Part shown: positions 54,244-64,000 of the stretch, piece by piece
Layout: each line of letters opens with the position of its first letter
Numbering within the stretch: position 1 is the first letter of the stretch
The notes under the pieces: model-generated
What the model was told of the DNA's origin: nothing
Database searches by the model: none
The model's input: the letters and a program-made list of their open reading frames with translations, nothing else
Translations under genes and position numbers: made by a program
Assembly (NCBI GenBank): GCA_951406725.2
Contig: OX597823.1
Span: forward strand, 85,126,001 to 85,190,000
Reading direction: 5' to 3'
Origin: Octopus vulgaris
Taxonomy: Eukaryota
Length of the DNA: 64,000 nt

Positions 54244-54335
<92 letters not shown>

Positions 54336-55375
54336 CTGTGTGTATATATCTCTCCCTGTGACTTCCTCTCTATTTGCGCAAAGACATATGAATATTTCAA
54401 AGCGTTATTGATTGTGAAGTAAAATGGGCACATTCGAAATAAAAGGCGCAACGTTCGGAGAGCTGAGTGACATGTTATTTCAATTGACTTCCAGAAATAG
54501 TTACATCGTTGGGATCAGTTTTTCTCAACCTTCCTTTTTCTTTTTTTTTTTTCCTGTGGAGCCTTTTGTTTCCTATATTACTTGGATGGTCTCTCAATCA
54601 TTCGATGCAGAAAAAATCCTATCATATATTTATAATCAAATATCATTAAGAATTATTTTGAAAGATTGTTAAAATATTTTGTTTATTTTAGGGTTAAAAC
54701 CAATTCCTTGCACATAAATTTTAACAACAAAATTTTATATGGACCCCAAGATTCATAAGGGTTCTTTGGCATCAATTTTTCTAGCGCGTGGGGTGGGGTC
54801 TTATAGCCAAACCCTTGTTATAATGTATATAATTATTAAAATATTTGTAAAATTTACCTATAATGTTTTTATTTCCGCGCTGACCTCTTACTAAAATCAT
54901 TAATGATATTTACTCATTATTATAATTATTTTTTGAAAAATTTACTCCTTGATCAAAACTGAATTCACTGCAGAGTTTATCTTGATATACTATAAGTGGA
55001 TGTAAAAAAAAGATGAGAATTCTACTTTAGTGTATATTTCTACGAGTGTGTATATATATTGTTGTACGAAGTTACTGATCGTATACGTATGTGTAGATAC
55101 TCGTAAATATATGTTAATGTGTATCGTTGCTAATAAGAGCAGTACGTATAACTTTTTTAGCATAAGCTTGAAACAGGATGTTGTACAGGGTTAGCCAAAA
55201 GTTTAATGCATTATCTTTCTTTTGCCCGACTACAACCCGTGTTTCATTTTTCGAAGCTTTTAAGGTGGTAATAGCGACCTTTGGCTTCTATTTTTCGAGC
55301 GCATGGAGAGACTTATAATCAATCCCTTGTTATAATTAAGTACATAATTATTAATATATATATATATATATATAT

Positions 55376-55639
55376 GGAGGCACATGGCCTAGCTAGAGCA
55401 GTGGAGTCGTGGTCGAGGGATCGCGGGTTCGAATCTCAGGCTGGGCGTTGTGTGTGTTTATGAGTGAAATACCTAAGCTCCGCGCGGCTCCGGCAGGGGG
55501 TAATGGCGAACTTCTGCTGACTCTTTCGCCGCAACTTTCTCTCACTCTTTCCTCCTGCATCTTGCAGCTCACCTGCGACGGCCCGGCAGGAAACTGGGAA
55601 ACCGGCCCTTATGAGCCTGGCGTGGCTCGAGAAGGAACA

Positions 55640-55645
<6 letters not shown>
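55376..55645 (+). mobile_element. tRNA-derived SINE family C
   Basis: ggaggcacatggcctag...ggatcgcgggttcgaatctcagg head (B box), shared body gctccgcgcggctccggcagggg and tail gaaaccggccc. Confidence 0.85.
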
Positions 55646-55711
<66 letters not shown>

Positions 55712-56439
55712 TATGTATATATAAATACAGCGAGAAAGTGGGAGGATATGGAGAATACAACTCTATATATAAAGAATTAGAAAAAGAAACATTAATTGAT
55801 ATTATCCGTCTTTTAACCTTACCTCTTGCAGCCCTCATTCTATTCTACCTTTCTCAAAAAACACCCTCCACCCATCGTAAAACACTTTTACAGATAGCAT
55901 CATTAAAATCACTTTAACTTCAATTTTCCAAACTTTAGTACAAGAATCCCTTGAATGATTTTGCTTAGCACCAAACAAAGCATATGCATGCGACGAAGAT
56001 TCCTTAAATGTTAAAATAATTTACAAAGCAGCAGTTTTGCCAATATGTACATTTGCCTTATCTAATTATTTCATATTGTATTTCACTACTTATACTCATT
56101 AATTTAGAAATTACAACCGAACTAACGAAAGTTTTTTTTCTCTTCATTTAAATGAAAGTAATAACTTTGTTATTATACTAAATTGAATATTTTATCCAGA
56201 GGTAAATCGTATAGTGACAAAGGTTCTTACTTTTAACTACCAGCTTTCTGAGTGTTTGGAAATTCTCTATGGCAAAAACCAATTTTCAGAATTTTTCTAA
56301 AGGAAAAATCTTCCGACGATCACGGAATCCTTAAAATGTATAAATACACTCTTGGTTTTTTTTTCATACTCAATTGAGTAGAAACACTCTGTACACAAAA
56401 CTGACTTTAAATGAAATTAAAAATACTAAGTCTGTGTCC

Positions 56440-56630
56440 TGCAGGATCGTTAGCACGCACGGTAAAATGCTTAGTGACATTCTGTACGCTCTGAGTTCAA
56501 ATTTTACCGAGGTCGACTTTGACTTTTGTCCTTTTGCGATTGATAAAATAAGTACTACTTATGCACTGGAGTCGATGCAATCTACTTATACTGTCACCAG
56601 AAATTGCTGGCCTCGTGCAAGAATTTTAAA
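56440..56630 (+). mobile_element. SINE-B monomer, diverged
   Basis: gcaggatcgttagcacg...ctgagttcaaattttaccgaggtcgacttt. Confidence 0.75.
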
Positions 56631-56784
56631 CTAAAGTAAGTAGAGACCGTTCGCGTGTATACTCAATATTGTAAAGTTCAAAATGACTTCTCTACGGCCT
56701 TCGTTCATTTAACTCATTCCCACCATCAGATTATACTACCGATAACCGTCTTTATTACAGTTTTGTTGTAATATACACTGATAT

Positions 56785-57371
56785 CAAGGCGGCGAGCTGG
56801 CAGAAACGTTAGCATACCGGGCGAAATGCTTAGCGGTATTTCGTCTGCCGCTACGTTCTGAGTTCAAATTCCGCCGAGGTCGACTTTGCCTTTCATCCTC
56901 TCGAGGTCGATTAAATAAGTACCAGTTACGCACTGGAGTCGATATAATCGACTTAATCCCTTTGCTTGTCCTTGTTTGTTCTCTCTGTGTTTAGCCCGTT
57001 GTGGGTAGTAAAGAGGTAGGTATTTCCTCTACCACTACGTTCTGAGTTCAAATTCCGCCGAGGTCGACTTTGCCTTTCATCCTTTCGGAGTCGATAAATT
57101 AAGTACCAGTTACGCACTGGGGTCGATATAAACGACTTAATCCCTTTGCTTGTCCTTGTTTGTTCTCTCTGTGTTTAGCCCCTTGTGGGTAGTAAAGAAG
57201 TAGGTATTTCCTCTGCCACTACGTTCTGAGTTCAAATTCCGCCGAGGTCGTCTTTGCCTTTCATCCTTTCGGCAGCCGATAAATTAAGTGCTAGTTACGT
57301 GCTGGAGTTGATGTAATCGACTGGCCCCCTCCTCCAAAATTCCGGGCCTTTTGCCTAGAGTAGAAAAAAAC
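56785..57371 (+). mobile_element. SINE-B trimer (184-bp period) with 12-bp TSD
   Basis: tacgttctgagttcaaattccgccgagg at 56852, 57036 and 57220; TSD atacactg(a/g)tat at 56773-56784 and 57372-57383. Confidence 0.92.
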
Positions 57372-58209
57372 ATACACTGGTATATAGTTAGAACTCATTG
57401 ACAAATATCTACTCTACACATTTGTCTCCTTATTCTTCATCCTTTCACCTGTTTATCGAAGATCTATTACTTTTAACGTGTCTACCCGCACCAGCCTGGC
57501 TTATTTGATCCCCTTTTCCTTCTTCATAGACCGAAGCGTTCCCCCAAAACATCATATATCTATGTTGAGATAAGTAGAATATACGGACGTTTTATCTTAA
57601 ACTAGTTATAAAGACAGACATGGAATGCTTAGTAATTTGATTGAAGTGAAATTGATTCAGTATAGAACTAAACTGGCATTGTAGAGTTACTTTGCCATAA
57701 AAGCACTTGACGTGTAAATTTAGCAGAGAATACGACAAACAATAAACTTTTCTTCGAGTTTAAATTACTGTTATTCTTCATCCAACACTTTCCTACTTGT
57801 TCTCTTACTTTCTCATCTGTGTTTATTAAACTAACGGAATATTATCATCGATTGTTGAAGGTCAAAACAATGATGGTTAATTCCGAAATTCTTGTAATCT
57901 AAAGAATATAGAAATCACGTTGAGAATACTTCTCAGGAGTGAAATTAAATTTAGAAACAAACAGTTCCATTAATATTTTAATAAATTAAATTGAGCCTTA
58001 TGTCGTCTATACAAAAGAAATCAATAATTCACATATATTCATTTGAAAGTTGCTGTATTATACTTGTCACAAGATTGTTGACATTTCGGCACAATGTATT
58101 TAACGAAATTAAATGTAAATTGGATTGCATTTTATTTATTCGCAGTATTTTTAGCCAATCAAATCAGCCGAAACTTTTCATTCGTTTATGACAATTAAAC
58201 ACACTTGAA

Positions 58210-58500
58210 GGAGCAGGTATTGGTGCATAGTTAAGATGTTCGTTTTGCAACAACTTGGCTTCAAGTTCAATTCCGCGGTGACATTGGGCGAGTGTCTGTT
58301 ATCATAAATCTGGAACTGCCAAAGATTTTTATAGTAAATTCGTGAATTTGGTAAGCTGGGTAGTAAGACGTTTGCTTCCCATTTACATGGTGCAGGGTTC
58401 AGTTGTATTGCATGGCACCTTAGTCCAGTATATTCTACTATAACACCGGCCCGACTAGAATCCTGTTAGTGGACTTCGTAAACGTACTGTGTAACATGCA
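58210..58500 (+). mobile_element. Two decayed SINE-A 5' halves
   Basis: taagacgtttgcttccc..catggtgcagggttcag..tggcacctt. Confidence 0.6.
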
Positions 58501-58642
58501 CAAACACACACACACACACACACATATATTTCATCATGTTGAACCGTTACCTCAACACATGCGTTATCTCTCTTTTTTTTGTCCTCTTTTGTTTTCTGAA
58601 AATTTGAACTACATATATGCATACATATACAGATATATTCTG

Positions 58643-58719
<77 letters not shown>

Positions 58720-58723
58720 ATAT

Positions 58724-59012
58724 TGCGCCCTTCTCAAGCCTAGCCAGGCTCATGGGCCCGGTTTCCCGGTTTCTGTGGTGTATGTGTTCCCCCCAGCTGG
58801 ACGGCACACCAGTCCATCGCAGCGTTACTCAAGAAAGAACAAGAAAGATTGAGAGAAAGATGGGGCGAAAGAGTACAACAGGGGTCGCCACCACCCCCTG
58901 AGCTTTGGGGATTTTCGCTCAATAAAGACACACAACGCGCGGTCTGGGAATCGACACCACGATCTTCTGACCGCGAGTCCGCTGCCCTAACCACTGGGCA
59001 ATTACGCATCCA
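58724..59012 (-). mobile_element. SINE-C
   Basis: Reverse complement aligns end to end with the 60106 copy. Confidence 0.88.
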
Positions 59013-59299
59013 CATATATATATCACCTTGATCACCTTGCCTGACCAGTCCGTCGGGCGTCCATTTGACACTACTGGTCAGAGTACGCGGTTCACTCCTC
59101 TCTGGATTGCACCTTTCTCATGCACGTGATCACAATCGTTCTCCTGAAATCGTAACTCCACCGTTGTGGAGGCCTTCAGAGTGATCACTTTCGCTCACGC
59201 GGGTACCACTCCACAGCTGTGCGGGTCCATTGATTATCGGTGAGCCGGGCGACGTGTCTAGTCCATCTAAACTTGCTGCGTGTATATTCTACGATGACA

Positions 59300-59535
59300 T
59301 CCCTACGCCGGGTGAAATGCTTAGCGGTATTTCGTGTGTCGTTACATTCTGAGATCGACTTTATCTTTCAACCATTCGGGGTCGATAGATTAAGTACCAG
59401 TGAAACACTGGGGTCGATGTAATCGACTAGTCCCCTCCCACAAATTTCCCGGCCTTATGCCTTTAGTATAAAGGATTATTACTAGTATTATTTTATTATT
59501 ATTATTAGTGTTAGTAGTACTAGTAGTAGTTGTAA

Positions 59536-59594
<59 letters not shown>

Positions 59595-59790
59595 TAAATG
59601 CAGGTGGGGGTGAACTGGCAGAATCGTTAGCAAGCCCAACATAACCGCTTAGTGGCATTACGTTCTGAGTTCAAATTCTAGCATGGTTGCCTTACATCTC
59701 TTTCGAAATCGATAAAATAAATACCGATAGAAGAAATTGATTAATCTCCTCCCATACAATTTCAGATGTTGTGCCTACACAAGAAATAAA
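59300..59790 (+). mobile_element. Two SINE-B copies separated by (TAG)n
   Basis: cgccgggtgaaatgcttagcggtatttcg and aactggcagaatcgttagc heads. Confidence 0.75.
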
Positions 59791-60105
59791 AATAGTTTAT
59801 TATTACGCGAACGTGTATCTCGCCAGGACAATGGTTAAGGAAAACAGTATAAAGCCTGACAATATTGTAAATATCTTGCGGCATTTTGGTTCCATTACAG
59901 ATCCTTTTCTGCTTCAAGCTTTGTATAAGATGCCCCAGTGGTTTATTGTTAATTGAGATGTGTTGAATTCATCCCTGCAAGCAAACGATGCACTTTCCTA
60001 GGGTTCAGTGCAACGACTGACGCGTATTTATCATAGTATCATGTAGCATTAACATGTAGTGATGCTCTTCAACATTCATAACTAAATGTTTCGGTAACAC
60101 TCATG

Positions 60106-60417
60106 ACGCGCGGCGCAATGGCCCAGTGGGTAAGGCAGCAGACTCGCGGTCGGAGGATCGCGGTTTCGATTTCCAGACCGGGCATTGTGTGTGTTTATTG
60201 AGTGAAAACACGTAAAGCTCCACGCGGCTCCGGCAAGGGGTGGTGGCGACCCCTGTTGTGCTCTTTCGCCCCAACTTTCTCTCACTCTCTCTTTCTATTT
60301 CTTGAGTAACGCTGGGATGGACTGGCATCCCGTCCAGCTGGGGGAACACACACGCCACAGAAACCGGGCCCATGAGCCATGCTAGGCTTGAAAAGGGGCG
60401 CATAAATAAATAAAAAA
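60106..60417 (+). mobile_element. SINE-C with 10-bp TSD
   Basis: ggcgcaatggcccagtgggtaaggcagcagactcgcggtcggaggatcgcggtttcgatttcc tRNA-like head; A-rich tail; TSD aacactcatg at 60096-60105 and 60418-60427. Confidence 0.9.
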
Positions 60418-61704
60418 AACACTCATGCCACTTTATGCATTACCCATCTTTTTCTTTGTTATCTCTGATTATAAAAATTTATAACATATACGAAAATCAT
60501 AAAGCGTTATTATCTAAAACCACTGAAGGAGCTTTGTTTTCTACGCAAGGCCTGCTTACAATTCTAATTGGTTAAGAGCATATCCAAGCCGTGTTGTTTA
60601 CGTAAGCCAGGTGCTGACGTTTAACAGATCACCTCGCTCTCACTATGCGATAGTGATATAAACCTATGTCATTGTATTTTAAATACAAAATATTGCTCTC
60701 GATTCTACAACTCAAAACGGATTACAATAGCAAACAAAACAAAACCTGACGTACATTGCGTGTTACGATCTTTTATAAACAAATCACAATAAATTGGAAT
60801 TGTTGACAATTTTATATACAATATTCAAACAAACACTTTCACTAAATAACTTTATTAAATGGTTATATAATAAAATTATTGTGGAAGAAGTGAAGCTTAC
60901 TATTGCATTCGATAAACGACGCTGACAAGTATTTTTAACAGGCAGTTTAGCTTAATCTACTCAATGCCAAATATTACTGATAGCAAAAACAAGTTCTTAG
61001 AATCAGTTTGACAGAATGACAGCAGATTTAACACTTCATTTATTTTCTGTATTCATCTGTGAACATGTTTGTTTTTCGCTTATATTCATTGCTATTCATT
61101 TCTTCCTCTTGTTTCTTTCCTTTTATTCTACCTCATCCTTTTCTTTGCTGTACTCCCCGCCTCATCAATGTTGCTCTATATAGTAATGTATTTATATCTC
61201 TATCTTACATAGCATTTCCTTATTACATCAATTCCTACAATTTCTACATTTATCCCTTCTATTTCTTAGTTTTTCTTCTTTATATATTATTATTGATGAT
61301 TTCAATAAACTTTCTTTTCTTTCAATTATTCGCTCTCACCTCTCACTTTTTCTCTCCCCTTACCACGCCGCCATCTTTTCTCTCCTCTATTCACGTTTTA
61401 TATTCTTCATTCCGTTCCAATATTGACGGAAAATAGAGGCCCTCTGTGTCTCCAAGGGAAAATCTGAACCGCACGTTTAAGGAATAGAAAACCGATAAGA
61501 TCATCTAGGGAAAGATTTAAATGCTATTGTCGTTTACATTGTCTAATTTGCCGATATTGCAACTGTTAAGAATCCTACCATTATCTCCTCTCCTTGTATT
61601 TCTGTGCACTTTTGTTTAGATGCAATCGCTTTTAAACAATTGTTATTTCGTCTTCTATCATTAGCACTGTGTTATTTTATATTGGTTCTGCGGCTACAAA
61701 TACA

Positions 61705-61761
<57 letters not shown>

Positions 61762-62829
61762 GTCTTTGTTAATGTTAGACTGCTTTTAAAACTAGTCAAA
61801 AATAATAGCAATATTTTTTTTTATTATTTATGAGTAATAAAACTAATAAAAGCAAGTTACAAAAGCAACTGCAATAATAACAACAACAACAACAACAACA
61901 ACAACAATAATAATAATAATAATAATAATGATGATGATAATGATGATGATGATGAATTCTTGGTTTTATTTCCTCAGATCATGAATAACAGCGATAATAA
62001 ATAATAACAACAAACGATATTAAATAACTTGTAAATTTTATACATTGTATTCTGGGACAGTTTGTTTACTGGTGAAGTTTTGCTGGAGACTTTGGACAGA
62101 TATTTTGAAATCTGTGCATTATTTCCCTTAACTGGAGAACTCTTTAGAGGATTTTAGCGCTTGCGTTCCCCTTTTGTTGTACAAAGATCTTCTCGATTCT
62201 ATTACTGTTCAAAGATTTCCTCTCAAATAAATCATTCTTTGTATCGTAGGCAGAGCAGATGTTGGAAACTGCTATTTGATATCGTTTTTGTGAGAATTTT
62301 CAGAGTTTCCATATTTATTGTATTATATCTTTCAATATCGTTTTCATTAGCAAATTTTTTCATCTGCTTTTTATTTATATATATTTAGTCGTATATTTTA
62401 TTTACTTATTTTATCTCTCTTTTAAAAGGAAAAATCACAAAAGTAATTTTTTTTTCTTGTGGTGTACTCATTTTTCTTTCTTGTATTTTAATATAAGATT
62501 CATTCATTAATGTTACAGTAGAATATTTTTTCGGCCAATATTTTTTTGTCTGCTCGTTGCTTATTATTTCATATTTTAAATCTGCTTCCTTTAACTTATA
62601 GAACCAATTTTGTTCCGTTTCAAATAGAGGATAAAAAATACAAATTTTATTCTTATAAATTTCTTGAAAATAACCGGAACTTTATGAAAGTTGAGTGTTA
62701 GACTCTGATTTTTTCCAAGGCTTTTGTGAAGAATTACTAGCAACAAAGATCTTTACTTTCTTTTCAAATATGTTCAGCAGTTGTTGTTGCTTGCCATTAT
62801 TATTATCATGATGATGATGATGATTATCA

Positions 62830-62885
<56 letters not shown>

Positions 62886-64000
62886 TTATTTTCCTCTTGC
62901 AAACTTCCTTTTCGGGTGTGTCTTTCATTGATTTTTCTGTTTATATGCTAGGAATTAAACAGATCGTAAATGTATATCTTTTCATGTAAATTCGAAAAAC
63001 TAAAGGATTGTTAAAAACATCGAAAGAAATGTTCTTTGATATGAGAAATCACATCAAGCGAACTCCATTTAATCATAAAGAATGGTGTATTTTTTTCAAA
63101 TAATTCAATTAAATCTACAAATTCGTATAGCATTGTTGATGCCTTTCAACGTATTTTCTAGAAGAGATGTAAATAACCAACTGGAAAGGCCCCCAGGAAA
63201 TTACTGCTAGGTATTCTAACCAAAGACGAAATAATCGAATGCATAAAGGCTGTTTAATTTTCTTTTCTTCTTGCTAAACATAAAAGCAGCTGATGAAGTT
63301 AACGAATGCAATAGCTGATGTGATCCACACAGATACACCAGCTTCCATTACGATCATGAAACTGTAAATTCTGGCTCTTTATGGCACGGAACAGGACGAT
63401 ACCCCTTGAAGACACAAACAGGAAGCCATATCGATTGGTGCTTACGGTTAGGTAACTGGCAGAAAGTCCATTATTTTCAGCCATAAACACAAAACGATGT
63501 AACTGCTCGCTTTTGTATCTCCATAGGAGTAAAATCAGACAAATTATGCCCCCGAAAGCCTATTCGCGGCTTCAAAGAACTAACCGTTATTAAACACATG
63601 ACAGATGAAGTCTACCATCTAAGAATTGAGAACGCAAAGGGACAGAATGCCACAACGCACCTCATCCAATGTCTAAGCATTCAATGAATCTTATTTCCCT
63701 GAGCTGGTACTTTATTTTATCGATGTCCTGCAAATATTGAGGACATTGTTGACCTCAGGTCGCTCAGTGTACGAACAAATATTGCTATGCATTAGTGTCT
63801 TCTTAGTTCATTCACCGCTTTACATAATTTCACTTGTTCTTCGATATGTATTTAATATTTTAGAGAGTGAGTGACAATCGTAATACAATTGGTGACGTAA
63901 GGAAATTAAAAGAAATTCTTTCAGCTCTAGGACAAATAAGGCATGTTACCCGGTTTCCGTGGCCTGTAAGAAGGCGACAGACATCACAACATCCTTTCTG

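Larger units (their letters stand above)
53150..54251 (+). mobile_element. 5'-truncated Penelope-like retroelement with inverted pLTR
   Basis: Perfect 173-bp inverted repeat (53202-53374 / 54079-54251) enclosing a GIY-YIG C-terminus and UTR; flanked by (TA)n. Confidence 0.88.

Noticed and set aside
56850-57300. Regularly spaced repeats that could suggest a CRISPR-like array
   Set aside because: The whole 184-bp unit repeats with no unique spacers; it is a SINE multimer in eukaryotic DNA.
60111-60185. tRNA-like sequence (A and B boxes)
   Set aside because: It is the head of SINE-C, continuing into SINE body, tail and TSD; no proper acceptor stem.
63299-63490. 63-aa non-repetitive ORF near the window end
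   Set aside because: No recognisable domain, non-ATG start and no clear splice signals.

Overview
Eukaryotic, very AT-rich, repeat-dense DNA with no convincing host protein-coding exon. It is probably intronic or intergenic sequence from a coleoid cephalopod (Octopus-like); this is inferred from the SINE, microsatellite and LINE make-up, not from a search. Almost all ORFs in the supplied track are microsatellite read-through artefacts. What the sequence supports: (i) three tRNA-derived SINE families, called A, B and C here, in dozens of copies; (ii) decayed LINEs: two CR1-type copies, one RTE, two R4/Dong-type and L1/Tx1-type pieces; (iii) mariner elements and MITEs plus a decayed hAT-type transposon; (iv) several Penelope-like (PLE) fragments sitting in (TA)n tracts and carrying minimal hammerhead-ribozyme motifs, including one with a perfect 173-bp inverted repeat. 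The most interesting signal is a possible SINE-head-targeting L1/Tx1-type system. An ORF1-only element sits in the tRNA-like head of SINE-A with a 12-bp TSD and a fossil copy of the target at its own 5' end. SINE-B multimers are joined by a Tx1-like 3' tail that always resumes at the same hairpin position of the SINE head. All alignments and folds were done by eye, so boundaries of decayed elements are approximate.
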